From the NCBI GenBank assembly GCA_032718475.1, contig JAUCBJ010007235.1, positions 1 through 39,868 of the forward strand: a stretch of 39,868 nucleotides of DNA. The letters are read 5' to 3'. Source of the stretch: Nemertoderma westbladi (Eukaryota > Animalia > Xenacoelomorpha). Below the pieces are notes generated by a model, which saw nothing but the letters and a program-made list of their open reading frames with translations, had not been told where the DNA came from and did not search any database. This document shows positions 1 to 11,829 of this stretch, piece by piece. The first letter of the stretch is position 1. Each line of letters begins with the position of its first letter. The translations under genes and the position numbers were made by a program.

Positions 1-3000
1 GATAATAGCTATGCTTTCTATAATTTAGCCTACTAATGTTCTTATAAAAAGGCAGAAAACATTTTGCTATCTCAACACGGTCTTAAAACACTGATAATAA
101 AGTCTCAAAATCATAACAAAAAGTCCCGTGACTTTAGCTCTCTTATTTTCCAAGAATCCCGTTCAACACATGTAATCAGCAGTGAGACAGGATAATTTCA
201 GTTCAGTAGCTCGGGATTGGTCGAAATCAGAACTAACTCAACGCAGGGCTATGGGTAACTGGGGCAACCTTCCCAAGCCGGCTGTCCAATCGAACAGCTC
301 AGATCCCTCCTAAAGGATTCCAACGCCTTGGAGGGGGGAACTGGTTAGCAAAGAAAACAAATCAGTCATATCCCAGAAAAACCTTTACAGTAGGTTTCAG
401 AGTATTTTAGCGTATGGGGGAAAAACTGGGTTGCGGGGCGAAGGGCCAGTTACATCCCACAGAAGCTTTTACAGTGCCTTTTCTTGAATAAGTAGGCCTA
501 TCAGAAAGCGGATTTGTTCTCGAATGAAACAAACCCTTAAGTAATATCAGCGTGAACCAAAGTTATAGGCCATTGACTGTACCATGACCTACTGAAGATA
601 TCTCATGATTGCACTTAGTACCCTACTGTACTACAGTACAGTACTGGTACTGGTGCAGCGATAAGTCAGCAAGCAATGTAACGTAAAGTACAACTGATAT
701 TGATTTAGTACCGCTAGGCCTAGGCCCACGTTCCTGAAAGGGGGGGGGGGGGGGGGGGGGGGGGGGATAAAACAATTTTAGGTGAATACTCCCCCCCCCC
801 CCCCCCCCTCCCCCAAGAAAAATATAGTTTTACAAGCTAGTGAATCAGCATATCTTGACACTGGTAATTCAAAAATGTAATCAAATCATCAATTATTTTA
901 TTTTTTTGTTACAGTATAATAAATTTATGGGATAGGAAATACTGTACACCTTACATCAATCAGGTTGACTTATATATATGACTTGGCATGGTGTCCCCCC
1001 TATCTGAATAGAGAGATGTGTGAAGTGTAAAGTGTAAACGTGATCTAAGTGTAAAGTGATCAAGGGACATCTGCTTAGATGTTGCTTATATTTCTTTCGC
1101 GTTGGCACTTACATAAGTTTATATCACGTGCTGCGCGAAGGACCCCCTTCAGGTATAATATGGTTAAGGTTAAGTCACAACAAATTATAGATATGGATAC
1201 CAGCGCAAGCAACCCTCAGCGCGTAGCCTTTTAGCTGCAAGCTGGCTCCCAAATTACAGACAATTAGACAATTGGTCAACAACAAACAACCCCTCCCCCT
1301 GGTAGCCAATGAGAGAACCTGGAGCTTTCGGGTATTTTTAGTAATTACAGGTAGGTAGGTTAATGTCATGTAGTATTATATAATTGGACCAAAATGGGAT
1401 GGTGGTGGAGTCACGTCAGTGTGATGTAGACGTGTGTATCCTATTATAAGTATATCAATGTGAATCCAATAATATTGATCACTGGGGTCAACACTATTAT
1501 TATTAATTAATTGTGAACAAGACGAGTGAACAAGACATGTCTGGCTGGGGGGGGGGGGGGGGGGCAGTGAAACGTGTCTGGGGGGGGGGGGGGCCCCCAG
1601 TGCCCCCCCGCACGGTACGGGCCTGAGTGTGAGTGTGTATTCACTTCCTGACTTTGTGCCCAGAAACACCAGTGGCTAGAAAGATACAGAACGCAAATCT
1701 ATTACACGTCCACAAACGTTTACACGTTGACGCTAAACTGACTACTTCAGACTTTGCATACTTGCACTGCAACACATACTGACTGTCTGATATTGCCGCA
1801 TCACCGCATTTTTATACTGATTTATGCTGTTATAATCTGTTGTAATTTGTAACATATGGATTAATGTCAATAGTTGGAGAATACTTACGAATAACCGGTA
1901 GATCTCTTGGTTTTCATGATTTATTGAGGTAAGCGGAGGGGTTTACTATTCACAATAACAACTATTATATTATTACTATTATATACACAGTGGTTTGTAT
2001 GAGTTGATGCTGTTTCATAGTCCCCAACGTACGTGAGTTAAGTTCTCCCTATATGCAAGTAAAATCGGTGACTGTTGGCAAGTTAGTGTGTTTCAGTAAT
2101 ATTGTCCATCCGTGTGAGAGTGTGAATGTTCAATAAATACATCCCTAAAGGATGTAAACATTTGCGTTATCTCTAGCCCACCCGTTGTAGTTAGTATAAG
2201 TCATATCTCTGCGTAATATTTAGAGCGCAGCACCTAAAAGGAACTATTAGTACTGTAGTATTTAACTGAAAATAAGCATAGTTTTTGGAGATTATATAGT
2301 AAGGAACATTCGAATGATACAAAGTGTCCTACGGCTCTCTCTGCCATCGGATCCAGTCTCCCACCTCCGGTGGGTCATACGCCAGCGCTAGACTGGCTTC
2401 GGCTGTGTTCATTTGTATTGGGCTGTCAGGTATTAATAGACATATAAATTAGCAGGTTAAACTGTTAAAGGTCTAAAAGCGCGAACAGTGTAGTTGTATT
2501 TTCCACATTATTTTATCTATTGAATAATTACTGCAGATAATATATACGCCACATTTATACATATTTTAAAGGAAATTTTAACTGACAATTACCACCAAAA
2601 TAAATTAGGCCTACAATTAATACTGTATGACATTGACTTGGTTTGCTGTAAATGTTACTCCGACCACCACTACAGTACATACTGTGCTGTAAAATATAAC
2701 TTTTATTAACAAACAATTACGAAATTTTACCGTTTTTTGTTTTCACTCAGTCTTGTGTCTCAGTTTCCTTAGTTATTTGATTGAAATAATTTCTAAGAAT
2801 TTTTAAAATTTAAATAGGCCATGACTATTTTTTTTCACTCTGAAAGCTAAACATTGGTAATGACTGATGCATGATGGTTAAATCCATCAGAATGAAAAAT
2901 GTTTGGAGTTACATTCATAGGCTTCGAATTCCTGACCTTCGTTAGTAATTTCAGTCTAAAATCAGATATTAAAAACAAAACTGTAATTAAATTTGGAAGA

Positions 3001-3147
3001 AATATAATTTATATTAAATATTAAGGGAAAGGAGTTGGTAAAAGTGACTGTTATTCTAACAAAAATAATAAACGAGACTTTATTTCATTTGCGGTCAATG
3101 TCGCTTCTATCACCAAATGAAGCATTAAGATTTAAACGAATTTTTAA

Positions 3148-3180
<33 letters not shown>

Positions 3181-4085
3181 GGTAGCACCTCTCTATTTTG
3201 GAATCATGTGCCGAATTTAATGGAGATTTCAAATCTGCAAACAGTTTTCTCATATCTTTTCCCAAACTCAAGTTAATAGCCGAAAACGTAAGAGCTAGTC
3301 TGATTTTTGACAAGCCTTCGAGCAGCACTATATTTTACATTTGAACGAGGCCCTTTTCATAAGAAAGGCTCTCACACAGTACAGATATGAATAAAATTGC
3401 CTAAAAGTTGTTTTAGTAGTTATATGTTTAGCAAGCATGAAAAATTTCGTTGAATTTCATTCATTTTTGATAAAGTTAATATTGTTGAACAAAGAAAGAT
3501 GGTATTATCCAAAATAGCGGGAAGGTTTGAATTGTTCCTTTATAACTTTAAACACCATCTCTCAGAATGACGTTTTTACATGAAAATAGGCTATTTCCCG
3601 CTCAATTTTAACTGAAATGAGTTAAATTTTTACACTTGTTCAGAAAACCTGACCTTTGTCCATAATTCTTCGGAACAACTCATGGCTGGAAATGCCCTGG
3701 AGCCTTTTTATATCAAAAAGGCACAAAAAAGCCCTTTTTTATGGCCCTTTTGTTCTAAAAAGGTTCCAGGGCATTTGAGGCAAAATATGTTCAGAAGAAT
3801 TAATTGGATGCAGGGTTCTTCTAAACTTATATTCCAAATTTCAACAAAAATTGGTGGAGAAATAGCCATTGGCGCAAAAAGGCACTTTTAGCCATACGGA
3901 GCCATTTTGGGGCCAATTTTAAAAATATTTTGTTTGGTTATTCTTACACAGTCCAGACGATGTTTAGTCGACCAAAATTTTTTTTCACCCAATCTTAGGG
4001 TCCCTAGATGTGTATGATGTATATGATGAAAAATGTGAGGTCCAATTTGGGGGTGCTACCCCCCCCCCCCCCCCCCCCCCCCCCC
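3148..4085. mobile_element. Non-autonomous TIR DNA transposon (MITE) with TTAA TSD, Kolobok-like
   Basis: TTAA at 3144-3147 and 4086-4089; termini G(n)..GGTAGCACC / GGTGCTACC..C(n) are inverted repeats; GG...CC ends with TTAA TSD fit Kolobok better than piggyBac (CC...GG); the paralogous region at ~24120-24190 lacks the insert. Confidence 0.75.
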
Positions 4086-4178
4086 TTAAAGATTTTATTA
4101 ACGACAGATAGTCCCTGTGATTACAACATCAATTCCTACTGTGCTACGTAGTCCTACAAACGGCCAAGTTGATTATCG

Positions 4179-5901
4179 TTATGGATAGACTCCCATGTGC
4201 AGGAAATAAAGAAAGGCAATAATGGTTGGAGTTCCACAACCCAATACTTGAATATTAGCCCTGCTAGAAGAGGTTGTACCCTGATCAATGGTAGTTGGAG
4301 CCGTTGTCGTCGCATCGTCATCATCTGTCGTCGCACCATCATCCTCCGTTGTTGTACCTTGATCATCTGTTTTCGCACCCTGGTCCTTTGCATCTGTGGT
4401 TGCAGGTATTCCTGTGAACACAGGATGTTTGTCCCAGTCAACCGAATTCCCACCATTGTAGTAATCGTCGAGCCATTCTGTCGCTTTTGTATTTTTGCAT
4501 TCATCTACTCCATTGCAGCATTTAGACTGACAACGCAACTTCAATGGATTCAGCTGATTGTCAGACAACTCCATGAGCATATCTTTTATGTCATCTCCCA
4601 TAAGACTGGAGCATTGCTCTTCGGTTAATTCGAGACATGCTTGGCATTGCATTACCTCTACGTAACCCAACATTTTAATATCAGAAGACAAGACAGCTTC
4701 TGCTGCAACCTGGAAGTAACCCATCACACATGATTCGCAGCCACGGGTATTGTTACCCGGTTCCACAACTGTTTTATTCATGTTCAATTGTGGGAAATCA
4801 ATGTTTGATTGCGATGACATGACAGCTTGGTCGTGAATGCATGTATAAGTTCCATCCATCTGCAAAATAAATTTGAAAATATTTAAGTAAGAACGCAGAT
4901 GACCCATTGTTTGCCAAATTTTCATAAACAGTGGTAAATTGGACAATAACCTGTTTGTACCACCATGCACTATGTTGGGGTCATTAGTTGATAACAACAA
5001 AAACGTTTATATAATACATTTGTGCAAAAGAGATACATTTAATTGATAACTTATATCTCTTTGCCCTAACCTCGGAACTTGTTGTTTGACTTGTTGTGGA
5101 AGGTTCCGAACTTGTCGGTTGTTGTGTTGTCCCGTCGTTAATTGTGGTGGTACCTTGCGATTCTGTTTGTGGTTGCATTGTCTCATCGCTTATTGTGGTG
5201 GTACCTTGCGATTCTGTTTGTGGTTTCGTTGTCCCATCGCTTATTGTGGTGGTACCTTGCGATTCTGTTTGTGGTTTCGTTGTCCCATCGCTTATTGTGG
5301 TGGTACCTTGCGATTCTGTTTGTGGTTGTGTTGTTGCAACGCTGGTAGTTGTCGTAACTGGGGAGAACTGTGGTAGGTCCCAGTCGACGGGGTCATCTTT
5401 CTGCCCATTGGTCGTGAAGTATTCCATCCATTCAAGTTCTCCCAAACCTTCGCAAACAATATCCCCTGCACAACATCTTAATTGGCAGCTCAGCTTGTAA
5501 ACGTCAAACTCAGGAATAGAAGAGGCAATTGATGAAACTGTTCTATCTTTTATGGGACCTTCGGTTTTAGAATTGGTGGTACAAACCGCTTCATTCTGTT
5601 GGACACATGCCGGAGTACCTTTCACGCATACGGTCGTTTTGGAGTATACCAGGGCTTTCGAAACGATGAAACCTACGTCAAATAATCCTGTGGTCTGCGA
5701 ATCTATTAAGGCGCAGATATCGCAATCGTTCATTGGGGTTCCTGCATTTACTTCGTGATCGTTTTTGTTCAAAAACTCATTTTCCCCAATTATTTGTGAA
5801 ACGGTGCGCTCATCTTGGCAAGTTACCTGCGTCGTTCTGGTAATCTGCGATACAATGAATGCAAGGAAGGCTATGAGTGAAGTGGCAGCGCATACCTCCA
5901 T
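4179..5901 (-). CDS. Paralogue A: 2-exon gene (5901-5071, 4859-4179; ~503 aa) for a secreted, probably GPI-anchored protein with two Cys-rich (Ly6/uPAR-like) domains and Thr-rich mucin-like linkers
   Basis: N-terminal hydrophobic signal (MEVCAATSLIAFLAFIVSQ); phase-0 GAG|GTTAGG donor at 5070 and TTGCAG|ATG acceptor at 4860 (211-bp intron) join two ORFs in frame; domains end CQLRCCAGDIVC and CQSKCCNGVDECKN; C-terminal SSS followed by a hydrophobic tail (TIIAFLYFLHMGVYP). Confidence 0.8.
5122..5325 (-). repeat. Coding 51-bp tandem repeat x4 (PQTESQGTTTISDGTTK)
   Basis: Four units visible in DNA and translation. Confidence 0.95.
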
Positions 5902-6933
5902 AGCGAGGCTGAGTTTTATTCAGTATGTTAGGCTATAATCGGCTAGGATATAGAATTATATTTAAAAAATGACTCATGTTGAGTGAGATGAGTGTCTTTT
6001 AGACTCAAAACATTTTTTTGGAGTTTCAAATTAAAAACATCTTCCAAAATCGCTGTGTTTTACATGGCGTAATTTGTTTATCATGAACTCTAGATAAATA
6101 TCTTGAAGTTATACTGATGAATTATGAATACTCATCTGTAATAATGTAAAGTAACACTACATTATTTTACATGTAAGACACACAAGTACACAAATTTTAA
6201 ACATGAAGACTTAACAGCACTCACTATATTTCTGACCTATAACATAATATTATAAACGTATACAGTACATACTGTGGGATGTAACAGATGTTGTTATTAT
6301 CATGTAGGGTAGGCGTGTAATTCTTTATCGATGGATATAAGATTACATAAAATAAACCTGTTGTGGTAATGGAAACGTATATACTACATGTCATAGGGGG
6401 TGCGAAAACGATCGAATAGTTCTTTGGTATTCCTATTCTACAGTATAACGTGCAGGTTGTGTTCCCAGTAGAGATGATTATCATTTGCTCTACAGTAAAA
6501 ATTACACTCATTAGTGAACGTGATCCAAGAAACACAATAAGCAACCAGACCAGGAAGGCTCCACTTCCTTGGCCGTTTCCCCTAAGGCAGTGATGGAGCC
6601 ACTCTAACACCCAAGGGTGAACATTACGTAATTAACCAACCCTTTTCTTTACTCAATCAGCAGAAGCCAGGTTCCAATGTTGAGTGCGACGGTAGAGTTG
6701 TATGTAGTTACTTTCTGGAATTATACAAACATACAAATCTTGAGCTAGAAGGCGCGTAAAAGAAATATGATGGTAATTTGCAAAGTTCTTTTGCTAAGCT
6801 GCGATCGTGAACACCAGCTAGTAGAAGTACATTGTACGGTACACTCTGTGCGGGTATTCTAACTGTAAATAAGGTATCTGGACGGAAAAGATGTTCCAAA
6901 GGGCGCCTAAAATAACATTAGCCCAGAGCTTCA

Positions 6934-7015
6934 TTCGACTCATCCATAGAGGGAAGATGCTGGAAATCCTAAGAGCTTATGGAATACCAGAAGTAATTGT
7001 TGCTGTCATTGGGAA
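6934..7015 (+). mobile_element. Small RTE-clade LINE reverse transcriptase fragment
   Basis: Translates (one frameshift) to FD-S-IHRGKMLEILRAYGIPEVIV, typical RTE RT motif. Confidence 0.6.
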
Positions 7016-7367
7016 ATAAGGGGGGGGGGGGGTGGAAATACAGTACCATCTCGGCGAATTCATACATCTATTGAAACCATCTACGGTACGTAGCAAAACT
7101 CTACAAAGGCGACACACTGACGCCTTAAACATAAACATAGTCCATAATTCAGGACAGAGATCATTATGGCGGCAGCGTGCCGCCTTTCCATAAAACCTCT
7201 TATAATAATTGTATTCTAGTTACTACTGTAGGACGAAAAAAATTGAGTTGATATCCGTGTTGGACTTTCTAATATAATTTGTCTAATATAATATAATATA
7301 ATCTTTCTAATATCATTTCTAATACGCTAGTAAATGCACGGAAACATGACCGTAGTTGATAATAATC

Positions 7368-7700
7368 AACTACTGTGGGGAGAGCCACGAAGTGATTGAA
7401 GCCTTATCATAGGGGCACCATTCACGAGTTGTTCACTGTCCTCATCGTCGTCTAATTTTTGATCGCTAACGACTCAGTTATCCCTTGACGAAATTAAATC
7501 AAACTTGGAACGTATGTAGTCCGTCAAAATTTTAGAAAGAATCTGAAGTTTGGTCAAGAATCAGTCTGTCGGAACCGGTAGTGTCAGACTTTTGATAAAA
7601 ACCTAAATAAGTCGGCCTATCATTGCTGAAATCAAACAAAACTTGGTACGTATGCAGTAATTTGTTACAAATTGAGTTGAATCCACGCTTAAAATCTATT
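7368..7700 (-). mobile_element. HINE/Helentron-like non-autonomous repeat fragment (same family as 37440-37665)
   Basis: Reverse complement of 7370-7422 (AATGGTGCCCCTATGATAAGGCTTCAATCACTTCGTGGCTCTCCCCACA) matches 37613-37660; ACCAAGTTT-type core repeats on the minus strand. Left end defined, right end approximate. Confidence 0.5.
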
Positions 7701-7958
7701 CTTTTAAAACACAAATTCCCTGTCAATACATTCTTGTCGTTATTCCTCTGTGCGGCTTATGGTTGTGGTGCAGATTAAGAGCAGGATTGAAGGTTAACTT
7801 TCCCCTTTTCTTTGATTTATTGGCAGTCTGTTTATAACTATTTACATACTTCTGTGTAAAGTAGCACTTTACAGTGTGATGATCCGAGTGGCTTTGTTAC
7901 ACGAACGAACGTTAGTGAGTGAGTGAAAATAAAGCCACGACGATCAGAACACTGTAAA

Positions 7959-8499
7959 TGTTAGCTTATTCAATCCCGCCAACACCCCATAAAGTTGTAA
8001 GCCGATAAGCAATATTGGGAGCCACGAGATTGGGCAATTAACCAACTCGTGCCATCCCAATAAGAGTGGGAAGGAAGCACACAACAAGGGGTCAGGGGCC
8101 AAACCCCTAACCCAGAGAGAACAGGTGGAGTGAACGGGAACACTCCACGGGGCGCCAACAAGGGTAACAACCAATCAGAGGGGGGAAAGGCATCGATTGA
8201 GTAGCAATAAGGCCACCGTGCAATATAACCAATAACCTATTAATCAGTGATTCAGTTATCTCAGTGCAGCAGTGCTAGCGTAGGTTGGTAGTCAATTAGT
8301 TTAGTTAGGGGATCACGGGACTTTAGTTACCGTATCCCTCCTTGTACACATTATATCTATATCTATATCCTATGCCCTATTATTATTATACACCGAACTT
8401 CAGAACTCAGTTACTTTCTTTCATCCTTATACACGGCGGGGACGCGTGGACTAAATTACCACACCGGATAAATCGGGATCCCTCCTGGATCCCGTCACA
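7959..8499 (+). repeat. 5' LTR (541 bp)
   Basis: TGTTAGC...GTCACA; identical to 21649-22189 except T8339 vs G22029 by manual comparison; TATAA at ~8224 with an Inr-like TCAGTT at ~8252. Confidence 0.97.
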
Positions 8500-8580
8500 G
8501 TAACTAAATCCGAGGAAGAAGCCCCAGTTGAACATCAAGAACTGTAGCCTAGCTAGCCGAACCATCAGCCACCAGTTGAG

Positions 8581-10155
8581 ATGAGTGAATCGGGCGAGAC
8601 ACCGACGCGGACCCCGGACGAAGATCAAACGATCCGCGAGGCCGCGACCAAGCGATACAGGCCCACGACGCCGGAGCCATCGATAACGGGCGAACCGGAA
8701 GTCCAGAACGAGCCAAGAGAAAGAGAGAGCGAGACGGAGGGAGATGGAGACGAGTCGACACGAGACGGAGAACGGCGCGCCGATATCGCCGGCCAGCTAC
8801 CGGCCGAGGGCGACGAGCGGCCCACCAAAACGGCGACGGTGGGGCCGACGGTGCGACGCCGGACGCGAAGAGACGGAGGAGAGATCGGTACCGATGTCGC
8901 CGGCCAGCTACAGGCCGAGGGTGATGGACGGCCCACCGGAACGGCGACGGTGGAGCCGCCGGTACGACGTCGAACCCGGAGGGACGGAGGAGAGGTCGGC
9001 GACGAGGACGTCGGGGTCTCCGATCGACTTCGACGGGCTTACATCGCGACCCGGGGACTACTAGAGAAGGCCAGAAAAGGGAAAACGGTAGACGAGGTGA
9101 GACTGAGAAAGCGACTAGGTGAGTCGGATAGACACTTTAATTATCTAATACGTTTTGGGCAGAGAGAACTAGCCGAAACGAGAGCACGTGAGGTTGCCAA
9201 GGAACTGTTTGAACTATGGGAATGTGGGAGTATGGAACCTAGCGTAGCGTCAGTGTACATAGGGCCATACTTGGTCGATGCCCGGGGAGTAAAACCAGTG
9301 GGTTGGAGGGGACTCGAAGGGGGCGAATCCGAGGTTAACCCCGAGGATTCGGCCTCGTCGGTCGGAGAAAGCTCCGGGAAGCGGGGGAAAGTTAGTAGGT
9401 CGGGAAGGCGGGGGAAGTCCGTCGTAACCGATAAGTCTGTTACATCCTCCGCGAAAGAAAGAGCGGTGAGAGAAATAGGTGCCGCATACCGTCTCAGCAT
9501 GGCAGAGCAAGGTCAGAGAGAAATGGAGAAACGGCTAGAGGAGGGGAGAGTGCGGTTAGAGAGGGAAGCGGCATTGATTAAAGAAACCGGAGAGAGGGCC
9601 GAAAGGGCTTTGAAAAGCCTAAGGGAGTATGATGAGATAGAGGAAAGGGAGTGTAGGGAGCGTGAGGCGAGAGAGGAAAGGGAACGCAAGGAGCGTGAGG
9701 CGAGAGAGGAAAGGGAACGCAAGGAGCGTGAGGCAAGGGAGGAAAGGGAACGCAAGGAATGTGAGGCGGAACGCAAGGAGCGTGAGGCAAGGGAGGAAAG
9801 GGAACGCAAGGAACGTGAGGCGGAACGCAAGGAGTATGAAGCGAGAAGGGAAAAGGAACGCAAGGAGCGCGAAGTGAGACGAAGGGAGAGCATTAAGAGT
9901 GTAGCAGAGTCGGCCATCAGGGACACCCAGGAGTGTGAGAGGAGACTGACAGAGGCTGAAAAGGAGCACAAGGAATTAGAGAGACGGCAGAGTGAGTCTG
10001 CGGGAAATAGGATTAGACGGGAGCACGAGTTGGAATTCGTGCGAGCGACGCCGTCTGAAAGCGGGGCCGGCTCGAGTATTTTTGAGGAGCCGGAGGCCGT
10101 AGATACATTTATTAACACCCCACTGACAGGGACCGCACGACAGACCCAAAACTGA
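8581..10155 (+). CDS. Retrotransposon polyprotein N-terminal extension, part 1 (charged, coiled-coil-like, 524 aa)
   Basis: First ATG after the LTR; duplicated 37-aa unit (8782 and 8893); REAREERERKE 33-bp repeats at ~9658-9870; the +1 frame is open from 10127 and continues. Confidence 0.8.
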   Translation: MSESGETPTRTPDEDQTIREAATKRYRPTTPEPSITGEPEVQNEPRERESETEGDGDESTRDGERRADIAGQLPAEGDERPTKTATVGPTVRRRTRRDGGEIGTDVAGQLQAEGDGRPTGTATVEPPVRRRTRRDGGEVGDEDVGVSDRLRRAYIATRGLLEKARKGKTVDEVRLRKRLGESDRHFNYLIRFGQRELAETRAREVAKELFELWECGSMEPSVASVYIGPYLVDARGVKPVGWRGLEGGESEVNPEDSASSVGESSGKRGKVSRSGRRGKSVVTDKSVTSSAKERAVREIGAAYRLSMAEQGQREMEKRLEEGRVRLEREAALIKETGERAERALKSLREYDEIEERECREREAREERERKEREAREERERKEREAREERERKECEAERKEREAREERERKEREAERKEYEARREKERKEREVRRRESIKSVAESAIRDTQECERRLTEAEKEHKELERRQSESAGNRIRREHELEFVRATPSESGAGSSIFEEPEAVDTFINTPLTGTARQTQN

Positions 10156-11829
10156 TGCGACCGTACGGGCGGGGGGGGGTAATAATGATAATGGTACAGT
10201 AGACGTTGTTAATATTGATAATACCGTATGGGACAACACTAATCAAACCTTTATTACAGGAAATGCTTTGCCTAGTGGTAGTAATTTAAATTTAAATCAG
10301 GATAATCCCAATATTAATGTAGGAAATAATTATAATATTGATGTAGTTACGCAAAATAATTCAAATAATCAAAATAATAACCCAAATTCAAACCTACAAA
10401 ATAATTTAAATAACGCAGTTACGCAAAATAATTCGAATAATTTAAATAATGACCTATGCCCGAATTTACAAAATAATTCAGATAACGTAGTCGCGCAGAA
10501 TAATACAAATGATTTTGTTTCAAACGAGCAAATTAATTCCGTTTCCAATATGGGTGCTATTAATGTAAACACGTCGGGCCTACATAACCGGGCGGAAGAG
10601 GGCCTGGTAGGTCACATAGTCGGTAGCCAGACGGATGAGGGCCTGGTTGGCCACGTAGTTAGTAGACAGGGAGCAGAGGGCCTGGTAGGCCACGTAGTTG
10701 GTAGGCAGGGAGTAGAGGGCCTGGAAGGCCACGTAATAGCAGGGGGAGAGGCGGGGGTGAATAGACCCGACCGCAGTAGGGTTGATGTGTCGACTAGAGA
10801 GGTATATAATAGCGGGGAGAGAGGTAGCGAAGTTAGATGTAGCGAGTGGGGGGGGGGGCTACGAGGACCCCACAACAGAGAGTTAGCGGCGAGAGGGGGG
10901 GGGGGCAGGGAGTGTCCCACAGCCGTCAGCGGATAATGCGAGGGCCGAAATAGGTAAACCGCAACAACCGGCGACGGAAAGTAACAGGGGGATTGCGGGT
11001 ATCCCCAGCGGCGTGCGACCGAGCAGAGAGAGACAGGTTGACGTCGCGAGAGGGCGGACGAAGCGTCGAGCCCGATCAGAGGAGGGAAGAAGAACAGTGG
11101 GGTTTAACCGGGAGGTCGATGAGAGATCTCACGAGCGGGAATATTCCACTGATAGGAGAAGAAAGGAAGACAGTAGTAGAAGTATCGCCGCGAACGATAG
11201 AAGAGCGAGGACGGATAGCGAGCCGTCGGTAGTCGAGATGAGAACGGAGAGTCAGTGGGGTCGGACTCCGGGAGATTGCCGTCGCCCCGGAGAGATGCGA
11301 TCCGGTGAGATGCATTACACGCCGAGAGAGGGGTACATGATGTACCGGTACGAAGATGAGGACAGAAGAGAGGGGGGTCGAAGAGAAACTTTCCGACGGA
11401 ATATACCTGCCGATCGAGAATACGGTAGCCGCGGGGAGGATTATTCGAGAAGAATAAACTTCGATCCCGAGAGACACATGCAGACTGTAGGACATACTGT
11501 AGGCCTTACTGCACATACCATAGGCCATATTGAGAGAGGCTATGTAGGCGATAGGATAGCGCGGACGACGGAATTAAACCCGGAAGTCGCGGAATACATA
11601 CCGGCGAGTAGGCCAGAAGCTGATAGGCCTATACCGGTACCAGCACAGCAGTATGACTACAGCATGCAGGGACATAACATATACCCAGGGGAGGGGGGAA
11701 TTATTGCGGATAGGTGCATGGGCCCCAACATATTAACATCAACCCCATTACCAAACATACCGGTGGGGGGGGGGGGGGGGGGGGGGGCAGGGTGACATTC
11801 CCCCATCACAATATCAACAATATACCCCG
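10127..11829 (+). CDS. Polyprotein N-terminal extension, part 2 (Asn-rich, EGLVGHVV repeats, Arg/Glu-rich), split by frameshifts at G runs
   Basis: Frame 2 is open 10127-10936; frame 3 is open from the G run at ~10895-10905 to 11795; frame 1 resumes after the G run at ~11765-11787 and leads into Gag. Confidence 0.65.

Noticed and set aside
740-814. Long poly-G/poly-C runs here and across the window as a functional system
   Set aside because: Homopolymer lengths are unreliable in assemblies and many lie in MITE ends; the short Pro/Gly-run ORFs they create are spurious.
4935-4975. HGGTNR peptide in the intron frame matching the integrase LHGGTNR
   Set aside because: Six-residue match with different codons inside a predicted intron; most likely coincidence.
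7944-8174. Short minus-strand ORFs repeated at 21622-21864
   Set aside because: Duplicated only because they lie in the LTRs; no recognisable motif or true ATG start.
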